Part shown: positions 1 to 9,380 of the stretch, piece after piece
Layout: each line of letters begins with the position of its first letter
Position numbering within the stretch: the first letter of the stretch is position 1
NCBI GenBank assembly: GCA_018822365.1
Contig: JAHJKL010000070.1
Location: 1,941 to 65,940 of the forward strand
DNA length: 64,000 bases
Origin: Candidatus Margulisiibacteriota bacterium
GTDB lineage: Bacteria > Margulisbacteria > WOR-1 > O2-12-FULL-45-9 > XYB2-FULL-48-7
Direction of reading: 5' to 3'
Made by a program: the position numbers and the translations under genes
Notes under the pieces: generated by a model
The model's input: the letters and a program-made list of their open reading frames with translations, nothing else
Told to the model about the DNA's origin: nothing
The model's database searches: none

Positions 1-85
1 ATTTTCCGGTCATACCAGGCGGCCAACAAGCTTATAGTCAGAACAAATAACAACCCAGGAGCAACAAATATGTAGAATAGCCCGG

Positions 86-568
86 TCATCTTCTTCTCCC
101 TAAATTATTCGACAGGATCCTGGTCGACCCGAGGTTCTTTTTAACGTCTGAGATCTGCTCGTCGACTTCTTCATATGTAAGAGCGCCCGAAGTACAGCTG
201 GCAACACAGCGCGGGATCTCGCCTTCTGTCAGCCGATCAAAACAGAGGTCGCATTTCGGAGCGATGTGCTTGAAGAGGTCCGGCTGGATCACGCCAAATG
301 GGCAAGCCAATTGGCAGGAATGGCACCCGACGCACTTGACCTGACTGCGCAAGACCAAGCCATCTTCGCTTTTCTTCATCGCCTCGTTCGGGCAAGCGGC
401 GGCGCAAGCCGGCTGATCACAATGCAAACAATGGAGCGGCACATTTGCTTCTCCAGACGGCCCGGCGTGACCGAGCAGAGAGTGCAAGTGATGACCGTAC
501 GCGCAAGCAGCCGCACAGCTGCGGCAGCCGCAACACAGATCCAGGTTCAAATAAATTCTTTTGCCCAT
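86..568 (-). CDS. Polyferredoxin-type 4Fe-4S electron-transfer subunit
   Basis: There are four or more CxxCxxCxxxC(P) motifs (CCGCRSCAAAC, CLHCDQPACAAACP, CVGCHSCQLACP, CDLC...C). It is the last gene of a tightly packed minus-strand oxidoreductase operon. Confidence 0.75.
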   Translation of the reverse strand: MGKRIYLNLDLCCGCRSCAAACAYGHHLHSLLGHAGPSGEANVPLHCLHCDQPACAAACPNEAMKKSEDGLVLRSQVKCVGCHSCQLACPFGVIQPDLFKHIAPKCDLCFDRLTEGEIPRCVASCTSGALTYEEVDEQISDVKKNLGSTRILSNNLGRRR

Positions 569-571
569 GCT

Positions 572-1993
572 TTATCCTTTATTGTTCGCCCGGTACCAGA
601 AAAAGTTTTTCGCCAGGTCGTTCCCCGCAAAATGAGTGATCTCTTCCGGCAAGATCTCTCCTGCCGGTCCGATCTTCCCAACCTCAGCGATAACTTTCTC
701 CAGATCAAAAAGCTCCCTGTTCTGGCCAGGCTTAACTTCATTAACCCGGGAAACAAGCGCCTCAACCTCCAGATCGAACAATTCCCCCAACATAACGAGA
801 TTGCTCTTTCCGCCGGCCGGCTCAACTACCGCTCCGGCCTCAACCAGCCTGCTCCCTGAAAAAATATATCTGCCCTGGGTTTCCAGATGGCTGGCCAGTG
901 GAAAAATCACTTCCTCCGCATTGTTTTTTTTAGCCGGGAAATAACGCGTCCTAACCACCAGTTTCGCCCCCCCAACCAATGGCTCCAGGTCAGAAAGGTC
1001 CTCCCCGAGCAGAAAGATCCCCTGGATCGCTCCCTGATCAAGCTTTTTCTTTAACTCATGATATGGCGCATGCCCCGGACAAAAAGCGTCGATAGCCGCA
1101 TTAACGCCGATCGTGTCGCCGCCGCTGTAAAAAACAAGCCATTTTTTATTGGCCGCTAAACCGGCCAACACCCTGGCAAAATAAACAACCAGATCATTCC
1201 GCTTTTTATTTACCCCTGGAGAAACAATGACCGTCCCTGCCGTTGCGGCGGCAAGTTCTTCGGAGACCCTCTTTAATACATCAATAGGCACACCTATCTT
1301 TTCGATCAACGGCAATATTTCCGCCTCATCTTTGCGCTTTAGCAACCCGATAAGCGCGGCCAGCAAAATTGCTTCGCTCCCCGGTTTATTCTTCAGGTGC
1401 TCGGTCGCGAACCAGGCGGCGTGAGAACGGTTAGGATCAATAACTACGATCCTGGCCCCTTTTTTGCCGTACTTAACATTATTGATCCTTTTTGAAAGTA
1501 CCGGCGAGCGGGTTAAAATGTCGCCAATGATCAATATATATTCGCTGGCTTCAACATCGGCCAATTCACCGGGCCGATCTTCTGAAACCTGCCAGGTCGA
1601 ACCAAGATAAGCGTCTTGATCGGCAGGATCTCCTCCGGCGCAGATCTGTTTGGTCCCAAGTGACACCGCTAAGGCGGCCGCCCCGCTCGCCTCTTCCAGG
1701 CTGGCCAGGGGAGAAACGACGATCCCGATCGAACCGGGGTCGATCCCTTGAAGCTCCCGGCGCACCCTGGAAAAAGCCTCTCCCCAGGAAACCCCTATCC
1801 CGCCTATGCTGGGCTGGGTAAGCCGCCCCGGATGGTTAAGCAATTCATAGTTGTAATACCCGCGAGGACATAGCGCCCCTTTATTGACCTGGCATTCCCG
1901 GTCATAATCGATCGCCTCCGCTTCACGTCCGCTGACCCGATAGGCCAGCCCGCAACCCAGCGAACAAAATAAACAAACTGATCTTTTCACCAT
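572..1993 (-). CDS. Short molybdopterin oxidoreductase catalytic subunit (FwdB/formate-dehydrogenase-like)
   Basis: The N-terminal CLFCSLGCGL motif (Cx2Cx3C) is typical of MGD oxidoreductases, and there is a candidate Mo/W-ligand Cys in 'KQICAGG'. The length of about 470 aa lacks a cap domain, as in FwdB. It is 3 nt from the downstream ferredoxin gene. Confidence 0.6.
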   Translation of the reverse strand: MVKRSVCLFCSLGCGLAYRVSGREAEAIDYDRECQVNKGALCPRGYYNYELLNHPGRLTQPSIGGIGVSWGEAFSRVRRELQGIDPGSIGIVVSPLASLEEASGAAALAVSLGTKQICAGGDPADQDAYLGSTWQVSEDRPGELADVEASEYILIIGDILTRSPVLSKRINNVKYGKKGARIVVIDPNRSHAAWFATEHLKNKPGSEAILLAALIGLLKRKDEAEILPLIEKIGVPIDVLKRVSEELAAATAGTVIVSPGVNKKRNDLVVYFARVLAGLAANKKWLVFYSGGDTIGVNAAIDAFCPGHAPYHELKKKLDQGAIQGIFLLGEDLSDLEPLVGGAKLVVRTRYFPAKKNNAEEVIFPLASHLETQGRYIFSGSRLVEAGAVVEPAGGKSNLVMLGELFDLEVEALVSRVNEVKPGQNRELFDLEKVIAEVGKIGPAGEILPEEITHFAGNDLAKNFFWYRANNKG

Positions 1994-2799
1994 GGATCAG
2001 GTATCTCCTTGACCTGCTCCCAGGTAAAGACCGGGCCATCCTTGCAGCAAAGATGGCTGCCCAGGTTGCAGTGGAAACATTTGCCGATCCCACAGCTCAT
2101 GTTCTTTTCCATCGACAGGTAAATATTTTTATCCCCGATCCCCAGGTCGAGGAGCTTTTTAGTGGCAAATTTCATCATGACCGGCGGCCCACAGACAATA
2201 GCGACCGCCAAGTCTGGTTTAACGTCGCCCGGCTGCATGATCCCGGTCACTACCCCCACCTTCCCCGTCCACGATTCGCTGCCGCGGTCAACGGTTAACA
2301 CCAGGCTGGTCTTTTCTCTTTTACCCCAGTCGGCCATTTCTTTTTTAAACGGGAGATCGTCTGGAGAGCGCGCTCCCAGGCGAAGCTCGATCTTGTTCAA
2401 TTGGTCTAGCTCATGAAAAAGGGCAAGCAGCAGGGCCCGCAAAGGAGCGATCCCCACTCCCCCTCCAATAATATAAATATCCTTCCCATGAAAATCAGGC
2501 AATGGATAAGGGCGACCGAACGGCCCGCGCAGGCCGACCATTTCACCCGGCTTAAGCTCATGCATCGCGCCGGTCGCCTGGCCGGTCTTCATCACCGTGA
2601 ATTCGATCGTTTCACTGTTTTTAGGATCGGAAGATGGAGTAAAGGGACACTCTCCCACTCCCGGCACGGTAACCTGCATAAACTGACCGGATAAAAACGG
2701 GAGACCTTTTTCCGGCTCCAGGACAAAGGTCTTGATCTGCGGCGTTTCCACGATCACTTTTTTGATCTCCGCTTTTATCGGCTGATAAGGATTGCTCAT
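1987..2799 (-). CDS. FAD/NAD(P)-binding [2Fe-2S] oxidoreductase subunit (HydG/AsrB/PyrK family)
   Basis: The N-terminal region resembles a ferredoxin-reductase FAD-binding barrel, there is a GGGVGIAP nucleotide-binding loop, and the C-terminus carries CGIGKCFHCN 2Fe-2S cysteines. It overlaps the next gene by 7 nt. Confidence 0.7.
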   Translation of the reverse strand: MSNPYQPIKAEIKKVIVETPQIKTFVLEPEKGLPFLSGQFMQVTVPGVGECPFTPSSDPKNSETIEFTVMKTGQATGAMHELKPGEMVGLRGPFGRPYPLPDFHGKDIYIIGGGVGIAPLRALLLALFHELDQLNKIELRLGARSPDDLPFKKEMADWGKREKTSLVLTVDRGSESWTGKVGVVTGIMQPGDVKPDLAVAIVCGPPVMMKFATKKLLDLGIGDKNIYLSMEKNMSCGIGKCFHCNLGSHLCCKDGPVFTWEQVKEIPDPW

Positions 2800-3845
2800 T
2801 TGTTAGGCCCACCTCTCTTTGTCAGCTCCTGATCAAGGGCGCAGAAGACCTGGCGCATATCGATGTTCCCGGCGCACCCATCGATACATCGGCCGCACCC
2901 GACACAGGTATAACGGGCTAAACGATCAAAAGAATAGTCAAATTTACAGTGATAGCGGTTTTGCAGCCGCTGGGCAAGCCTGGGCCGGGAGTTCCCCCCT
3001 CCCGCCACCTTGGCATAGCCCGCTTTCAAACAGGCATCCCAGAGTTTATGGCGTTTTCCCCCCAGGCCAACCGCCTCATCAACCAATAAAAAACAGGAAC
3101 AGGTCGGACAGATAAAATTACAAGAACTGCATTCAACGCAATCCTTGGTCAGCTCGCGCCAAACCCCGCTCTCCAGATTTCCCTTATGAAGCTCATGGAG
3201 CTCGTGATCAAAAGAAAATTGCCGGTTCGCCTGTTTTAGTTTTTCTTTAACTTTTTCGCGGGTCTCGCTTTTGATCGCTTCCGCCTGCGGCAGGACCCTG
3301 GCAAAAATATTCCGCTGGTCGTCAACGATCCTTTTCCCCCTGTCACTCCCTACCTCCACGACATATCCGTTAGGAACAACCGCTAGGCTTAGGTCAAAAC
3401 ACCTCGTTGGGAAAGGGGTCCCGCCAACCAAAGGGCAAAAACAGCTGTTGCCGCAATCGGTGCAGTCGGCTCCGATTAAAATCGTTTTTTCGCGGTTGAC
3501 CTGGTAAAAGGGGTCCTGAAACTCTCCTTCGCCGAAAACGCGGTCCAAGACGCTCACGCCCTCCAGGTCGCAGGCGCGCAAACCAAGCAAAACAAGCGGA
3601 CCGGCCGAAATATGGGCTTCCCCCGAAAAATAACGGGCCACCAACTCGGTCGTTTTAAAAAAGTACCCTTTGCCTGGTTCAACCGTTCGATATCCTGAGA
3701 GGTCTATTTTGTCTATATTGCTGCCGTCAACATCAAACCAATATTTGCGGCCATATTCCCTGGCCGGAGCAACAACGTGAGCTTTTTCCATCAGCTGTCT
3801 GATCAATTTTTCAAAGTCTTTATTGTTAACAAAATACTCACTCAT
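2796..3845 (-). CDS. 4Fe-4S dicluster subunit (sulfhydrogenase beta / AsrA-like)
   Basis: The cysteine clusters are CTDCGNSCFCP, CVECSSCNFICPTCSCF and CVGCGRCIDGC. It is the first gene of the operon and overlaps the downstream gene by 4 nt. Confidence 0.65.
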   Translation of the reverse strand: MSEYFVNNKDFEKLIRQLMEKAHVVAPAREYGRKYWFDVDGSNIDKIDLSGYRTVEPGKGYFFKTTELVARYFSGEAHISAGPLVLLGLRACDLEGVSVLDRVFGEGEFQDPFYQVNREKTILIGADCTDCGNSCFCPLVGGTPFPTRCFDLSLAVVPNGYVVEVGSDRGKRIVDDQRNIFARVLPQAEAIKSETREKVKEKLKQANRQFSFDHELHELHKGNLESGVWRELTKDCVECSSCNFICPTCSCFLLVDEAVGLGGKRHKLWDACLKAGYAKVAGGGNSRPRLAQRLQNRYHCKFDYSFDRLARYTCVGCGRCIDGCAGNIDMRQVFCALDQELTKRGGPNK

Positions 3846-3858
3846 GTCGGTATTTCCG

Positions 3859-3906
3859 ATTCTAACAAATAAGCCCCCCGTGTCAAGGTAAAGAAAATGT
3901 TATAAT
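3859..3906. promoter_or_regulatory. Divergent promoter region between the oxidoreductase operon and the DUF192 gene
   Basis: Minus strand: -35 TTGACA (plus 3881-3886), a 16-nt spacer, -10 TAGAAT (plus 3859-3864), then 13 nt to the ATG at 3845. Plus strand: extended -10 TGtTATAAT at 3898-3906, 12 nt before the ATG at 3918. Confidence 0.35.
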
Positions 3907-3917
3907 CTTCCCTTTCT

Positions 3918-4379
3918 ATGCCAATTAACTTATTGATCTTACTGCTAGGCCTGACTTTTTGGACGGTGCTCACGCCTCCCCACATGTCCAACACCGAAGC
4001 GGTCTTTCAGGCCCGGCCGGTCATCAGCGCGACCATCGGCGAGAAAACATATGAACTGGAGATCGCGGACGACCTGGCCAAACGGGGTCGCGGTCTCTCA
4101 TGGCGTAAATCACTGGCCAAAAACCGGGGAATGCTCTTCCTTTTTGAAAAACCGGACCAATATGTTTTTGTTATGGACGGCATGCTTTTTCCCCTGGATT
4201 TTATCTGGCTAAAACAAGGGGTTGTTGTTGCCCTTAAAGAAGATGTCCAGCCGTCCAAACCGGACCATTCCTCGACCAATATCGTTACCAATACACATTT
4301 TGATCAGACGATCGAACTCAACGCCGGAGAAATAAAAACAACCCATATAAAGATCGGCGATCGTGTTTCTTATTTTTGA
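3918..4379 (+). CDS. DUF192 (COG1430) family protein with N-terminal TM/signal segment
   Basis: The DUF192-like core 'GMLFLFEKPDQYVFVMDGMLFPLDFIW' is present, and there is an N-terminal hydrophobic segment. Confidence 0.55.
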   Translation: MPINLLILLLGLTFWTVLTPPHMSNTEAVFQARPVISATIGEKTYELEIADDLAKRGRGLSWRKSLAKNRGMLFLFEKPDQYVFVMDGMLFPLDFIWLKQGVVVALKEDVQPSKPDHSSTNIVTNTHFDQTIELNAGEIKTTHIKIGDRVSYF

Positions 4380-4410
4380 CTATTGTCGTGAATAATGATA
4401 TAAATTAGCC

Positions 4411-7400
4411 ATGAACAAGCCCAAATACTCGATCTCCAAACAGAATGAATTTGTGATCGGGAACTACAATCAGGCCCCGACTTTTTCCAGTTTTTTTCCC
4501 GGAATAGCGGGTATTTTTGGCTGTCCAATGTGGGTTTTTTACGCCAATCGGGGGCAGTGTATCGCCTCTGCCGGCGTCCAGGACAAGAACGGGGCGATCA
4601 TTGAGTTCCACGCCGCTAACAAAGCCTACCGAAATGCCCATCTGCAGGGGTTCAGGACTTTCCTGAAGGTCGACGGCCAATTCTACGAACCATTTGCCGA
4701 AACCTCCCCCTGCCAGAACGAGCTCCGGATCAATCCTTACGATATCAAGCTTATCGAAGAAAACCCCGATCTTAAGATCAGGGTCGAAGTTCATTTTTTC
4801 AATATTCCCGATGAGCATTTCCCGGCCCTGGCCCGGACGGTCAAGATCGTTAATCTGGGTAAAAAAGCCCGCCAGGTAGAAGTTGTCGACGGCCTGCCGA
4901 TCATCATCCCCTTTGGCTTTGAAGATTTCCTCCTCAAGAAAATGAGCCAAACGATCGAGGCCTGGTGCATTGTTGAAAATCTTGATCAGGGGGTCCCCTT
5001 CTACAAGCTAAAGGTCCTGCCGGCCGACAACGCCGAAACCAAACTGCTTAAAAAAGGGAACTTCTACCTCCCTTTCTGCCAGGATGGCCAGCCGGTCGCG
5101 ACCATCGTCGACCCAACGGTCGTCTTTGGCGAAAACAGCAGCCTGGAGAGGCCGGACAATTTTTTGGGTAAAAGTTTTAAAGTACCCGGAAAGCAAATGA
5201 CCGATGGATTTACTCCGGCCGCCTTTGCCCACAAGAAATTCACCCTGACCGGTGATTTTGAGCTCTCCTCGATCATTGGCCAGATCGACAGCCTCGACCT
5301 GCTAAATAACGACAAACCCCGACTGATGAGCCGAAGCTACCTGGAGGCAAAAGCTGCCGCCAACCAGAACCTGATCAATGGGATCGGCGATTCAATGGAC
5401 ATCCGGAGCGCCAGCCGGAGCTTTGATCTTTATTCCCGCTACACCTTTCTGGACAACGTCATGCGGGGAGGGCTCCCGCTCATGATCGGCGGCAAACCGA
5501 TCTATCTCTACTATCGCAAGCATGGCGACATGGAACGCGATTACAACGACTTCAAACTTATGCCAACCTATTTTTCCCAGGGGAACGGCAACTACCGCGA
5601 CATTAATCAAAATCGGAGGAACGACCTGTTTTTTAACCCGGAGATCAAAGAGAGCAACATTGTCCGCTTCTTTAACCTGATCCAGCTTGACGGCTTCAAC
5701 CCGCTGGTCGTGCTGGGGAGCAAATATTTCATCGAGTCGTACCACACCGCGGAAACGCTGGCCAAGAAACACCTGCGGGAACCGGAAAAGCAGGCGATCG
5801 AAAAGATCGCCCGGCCGTTCATTCTGGGCGAGCTGCTCAAAGAATTTGAGCTCGAAGGGGTCCAATACCAGACCACACGCGAGGCCTTTGCCTCCGACCT
5901 GCTGCAGAGCAGCGAGGTCGAGGAAGGGGCGGTCCATGGCGAAGGGTTCTGGATCGACCATCCCTTTTACAACACCGATTTACTGGAAAGTTTTGAGGCG
6001 GTCTATCCCGACCGGATCACCGACGTTCTCTTTAACCAAAAAAACCTGACCTTTTTCGACAATGATCATGTCGTCGTCCCGCGCCAGGAAAAATACAAGC
6101 TCTGTGACGGCAAGGTCCGCCAGTATGAAAGCGTAAAACTTGATCCCGAAAAAGCGGCCCTGATCAACCACCGGGCTGTCAACAAAAACGCCGTCCGGGT
6201 CGACCACGGCAAAGGGAAGATCTACCATACCACCCTGGCGGCCAAGCTCCTCTGCCTGATCGCCAATAAAGCGGCCACCTTTGATGCCGCCGGGATCGGC
6301 CTGGAGATGGAGGCCGACAAGCCCGACTGGTATGATGCTCTTAACGGACTGCCGGGGCTTTTAGGCTCCTCCTTGTCCGAAACCCTGGAGCTAAAAAGAG
6401 TAGCCGCCTACCTGCTCTTGCGCCTGGAAAACGGGAAGGAGCTCGTCTTGCCGGCCGAAGTCAAAGAATTTATCGACCACCTGCTCCCCATCCTGGCCGA
6501 AACAGACAGCCACAAATATTGGGAGACAACCTACCAGCTGAAAGAAAAGTACCGCCAGAAAATCAAACTTGGGATCGCTGGGAGCGAAAGCGCCATTGGA
6601 CCACAGGAAACGGAGCGGCTGCTCGGGCTGGTTATTGCCCGCTGCGACCAGGCAGTGGAAAAGGTCTTGTCCAAATACGGCAATTACTACACCTATTTCG
6701 TCAACGAGGTCAGCTCGTACGAAGAGCTAGGCCAGGAGATCAGGGTCAAAGGGTTTTGCCAGAGCCCCCTGCCTCTCTTCCTGGAGGGGTTTGTCCACGC
6801 GCTCAAGGTCGAACGGGACGCGAGCATTTACCAGCGGGTCAAAGAGAGCCCGCTCTTTGACAAAAAACTGAAGATGTACAAGGTCAATGCCCCGCTGACC
6901 GAAATGCCGGTCGAGATCGGCCGGACCCGGATCTTTGCCCCAGGCTGGCTGGAGAACGAATCGGTCTTTGTTCACATGGAATACAAATATTTGTTGGAAT
7001 TATTAAAGGCCGGATTATACAAGGAGTTCTTTACCGACTTCAAAAACGTGCTGGTCCCTTTTATGGACCCCAGGGTTTACAAGCGGAGCATCCTGGAGAA
7101 TTCTTCGTTCATCGTCAGCTCCGCCCACCCCAACGCCAAAAATCACGGACGGGGTTTCATTGCCCGGCTCTCGGGCGGGGCAGCCGAATTCATCGACATG
7201 TGGCTGACCATGACTACCGGGAAAAGGCTCTTCTTCCTCGATCAGACGGGAAAGCTCTGTTTCCAGCTCAAGCCGGTCCTCCCCGCCTGGCTTTTTAAAC
7301 AGGGGGAATTAAGCTTCAGGCTTTTTGGCAAGATCGAGGTCGTTTACCTCAACTCCAAAAGAAAAGATTCCTTTGACAAGCTCCCTCTCTCCTATAAATT

Positions 7401-7509
7401 ATTTTTTGACGACAAAGAAATCGAGATCGCCCACCCCATTATCCAAGAACCTTACGCGTCAATGATCAGGGAGCGGAAGGTCAAAAAGATCGTGGCGCGC
7501 CTCTCTTAG
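4411..7509 (+). CDS. Large (1032 aa) GH94-clan-like glycoside phosphorylase (candidate GH149/GH161-type)
   Basis: The motifs 'NGNYRDINQNRRND' and 'DKPDWYDALNG' parallel the GH94 'GFRDSNQDTLG' and 'ADWNDCLNLDQG' catalytic-region motifs found in the neighbouring GH94 gene. It is co-oriented with the GH42 and GH94 genes. Confidence 0.5.
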   Translation: MNKPKYSISKQNEFVIGNYNQAPTFSSFFPGIAGIFGCPMWVFYANRGQCIASAGVQDKNGAIIEFHAANKAYRNAHLQGFRTFLKVDGQFYEPFAETSPCQNELRINPYDIKLIEENPDLKIRVEVHFFNIPDEHFPALARTVKIVNLGKKARQVEVVDGLPIIIPFGFEDFLLKKMSQTIEAWCIVENLDQGVPFYKLKVLPADNAETKLLKKGNFYLPFCQDGQPVATIVDPTVVFGENSSLERPDNFLGKSFKVPGKQMTDGFTPAAFAHKKFTLTGDFELSSIIGQIDSLDLLNNDKPRLMSRSYLEAKAAANQNLINGIGDSMDIRSASRSFDLYSRYTFLDNVMRGGLPLMIGGKPIYLYYRKHGDMERDYNDFKLMPTYFSQGNGNYRDINQNRRNDLFFNPEIKESNIVRFFNLIQLDGFNPLVVLGSKYFIESYHTAETLAKKHLREPEKQAIEKIARPFILGELLKEFELEGVQYQTTREAFASDLLQSSEVEEGAVHGEGFWIDHPFYNTDLLESFEAVYPDRITDVLFNQKNLTFFDNDHVVVPRQEKYKLCDGKVRQYESVKLDPEKAALINHRAVNKNAVRVDHGKGKIYHTTLAAKLLCLIANKAATFDAAGIGLEMEADKPDWYDALNGLPGLLGSSLSETLELKRVAAYLLLRLENGKELVLPAEVKEFIDHLLPILAETDSHKYWETTYQLKEKYRQKIKLGIAGSESAIGPQETERLLGLVIARCDQAVEKVLSKYGNYYTYFVNEVSSYEELGQEIRVKGFCQSPLPLFLEGFVHALKVERDASIYQRVKESPLFDKKLKMYKVNAPLTEMPVEIGRTRIFAPGWLENESVFVHMEYKYLLELLKAGLYKEFFTDFKNVLVPFMDPRVYKRSILENSSFIVSSAHPNAKNHGRGFIARLSGGAAEFIDMWLTMTTGKRLFFLDQTGKLCFQLKPVLPAWLFKQGELSFRLFGKIEVVYLNSKRKDSFDKLPLSYKLFFDDKEIEIAHPIIQEPYASMIRERKVKKIVARLS

Positions 7510-7530
7510 TTTTGCTACAATGTGTGAACT

Positions 7531-9300
7531 ATGTACCCTTTTGGCGTAACTTTTTACCCCGACCAGTGGCCGCTCGGCACCTGGGAGGAGACCTTTAAAA
7601 AGATCAAAGAGAGCGGTTTAAATACTATTCGTTTTGGTGAGATGGCCTGGGACTGGGTCGAGCCGGAACCGGGGAAGTACCGCTTCTACGACCTTGACCG
7701 GGCGCTCGACCTTTGCGAAAAGATCGGCCTGCAAGTTCTGCTGGGCCTCCCTACCTCCCAGGTCCCAAGCTGGTTTTATCGAAAATACCCGAACAGCCGG
7801 CCGGTCGCCCAGGACGGGACCCTCTATCCGGAATACGGTCCCCGACCCAATATCTGCAAAGACAATCCCCATTACCGGATGCACGCCGAAAAACTGGTCC
7901 GAACTATGGTCAAGCGCTACAGCAAGCATCTGGCGGTCGCTATGTGGCAGGTCGACAACGAACCGGTCTATCCACCCCTTGACCACACCACCTCCAACGA
8001 CTTTTGCCACTGCGAACATTCCCGCCAGGCCTTTATTAAATGGGCCAGGGAAAAATACGGAACGATCAAAAAACTGAACGATGCCTGGGGGACCAGGTTC
8101 TGGACGACTACCTTCTTCTCTTTTAACGATATCCTGACCCCCAAAGCGGGGATCTGGGAAGCGGTTTCTCCGCATATTTTCCTCGACTGGTTCCGTTTCA
8201 AGACCGACAGCTTGAGCCAGTGGATCAACCACCTGGCCGACGTTGTCCGGGAATACGATAAATTCCACAAGGTTGGGACCAACGGCTTTGTCGGGATCTG
8301 CACCCGGGTTCCCGACCACAGCAAAATGGTCGGCAACCTCGACTGGTACGGGCTCGACATTTACCCCAAAGGGGGACGGATGGACCCGCAGGGGCTCGCC
8401 TTCCACTATGACCTGTGGCGGAGTTTTGTGAGGGGGACCAAAGCAGAATTCCACATCACCGAACTCCAGGGGGGACAGAATGTCCGCTGGGGCGCCCCGG
8501 AATATGTCGAGGGGCCGGAGATCCGCGGCTGGACGACCGCCGCGCTCGAGCATGGAGCCGAAGCGATCCTCTACCACGCCTGGCGGCCGCCGCTGTTTGG
8601 CGCCGAGACCGGCGGGTTTGGCATTTGCAATGTTGACGGATCATCCAGCAAGCGGCTGGAAGTAATCAAGAAGCTTGCCGGAGACATTCGCTCCGGCAAA
8701 CTTAAAAAAGCCAATTGCAAAGCTAAGCTCGCGATCGCTTATTTGCGAAGCAGTGAGATCCAGTCGTATCAGGAGCAAGGCCCGCCGCGCGGCATTGCCG
8801 GACAATGGGAAGCGGTCAGGGGCGATATCGGGATAATGTATTCGATCCTGTCGCTGGGAGGAGCTTATTCGGTCCTTTTCCAAAAAAGCGAACCGGCCGA
8901 TTTTATTTTTGAGCGCGAACTTGATAGCGGCGACCTTCCTTATAAAGTTATTTTAATGCCAAACCCCTACCTGCTTTCTCAAAAGCAATACGATAATCTG
9001 AAAAAATGGATCAGCGCCGGCGGCAAGCTGATCACCGAAGCCCGCTTTGGCCTGAAAAATGAAATGGGGCATCTGCTTGAACACCCCTTTCTGGAAGACC
9101 TGATCGGTGAAAAGTACGAATTCACCGCCCCCACTCCAACCGGCTTTATTGACGGACTGCAAGGTCGCCCGCGCAAAGAACAAGTTTTCACCAAGAAGAT
9201 CGGCAAGGGAAAAGCGGTTTACGCCAACTTCAGTCTCTTTTTGCAGATCAAGAACGGCAATAAAAAGTTGGCCAACCTGGTCAACAAAGAGCTGGCCTAA
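7531..9300 (+). CDS. GH42-family beta-galactosidase-like glycoside hydrolase (short, 589 aa)
   Basis: The N-terminus 'FGVTFYPDQWPLGTWEETFKKIKESGLNTIRFGEMAWDWVEPEPGKYRF' matches the GH42 TIM-barrel start. An 'VDNEPVY' acid/base-type motif and 'HITELQGG' are present. Confidence 0.7.
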   Translation: MYPFGVTFYPDQWPLGTWEETFKKIKESGLNTIRFGEMAWDWVEPEPGKYRFYDLDRALDLCEKIGLQVLLGLPTSQVPSWFYRKYPNSRPVAQDGTLYPEYGPRPNICKDNPHYRMHAEKLVRTMVKRYSKHLAVAMWQVDNEPVYPPLDHTTSNDFCHCEHSRQAFIKWAREKYGTIKKLNDAWGTRFWTTTFFSFNDILTPKAGIWEAVSPHIFLDWFRFKTDSLSQWINHLADVVREYDKFHKVGTNGFVGICTRVPDHSKMVGNLDWYGLDIYPKGGRMDPQGLAFHYDLWRSFVRGTKAEFHITELQGGQNVRWGAPEYVEGPEIRGWTTAALEHGAEAILYHAWRPPLFGAETGGFGICNVDGSSSKRLEVIKKLAGDIRSGKLKKANCKAKLAIAYLRSSEIQSYQEQGPPRGIAGQWEAVRGDIGIMYSILSLGGAYSVLFQKSEPADFIFERELDSGDLPYKVILMPNPYLLSQKQYDNLKKWISAGGKLITEARFGLKNEMGHLLEHPFLEDLIGEKYEFTAPTPTGFIDGLQGRPRKEQVFTKKIGKGKAVYANFSLFLQIKNGNKKLANLVNKELA

Positions 9301-9380
9301 ATTTTTTTCCTCTTTTCTCCTCGCTAGTTTTATGCTAAAATAACTGATAATCCCCACAAATAGTAGAAAGGAAAAGCATC

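Noticed and set aside
572-1993. Selenocysteine-containing formate dehydrogenase
   Set aside because: The reading frame is uninterrupted (no in-frame TGA), and the expected ligand position carries Cys.
5392-8644. Many 60-320-aa antisense or alternative-frame ORFs inside the GH genes (for example 5392-5961 -, 7618-8577 -, 8415-8636 +)
   Set aside because: They lie entirely within longer ORFs that carry clear glycoside-hydrolase motifs. They are rich in Arg/Pro/Gly, as expected for out-of-frame reads of GC-rich coding DNA, and have no RBS.
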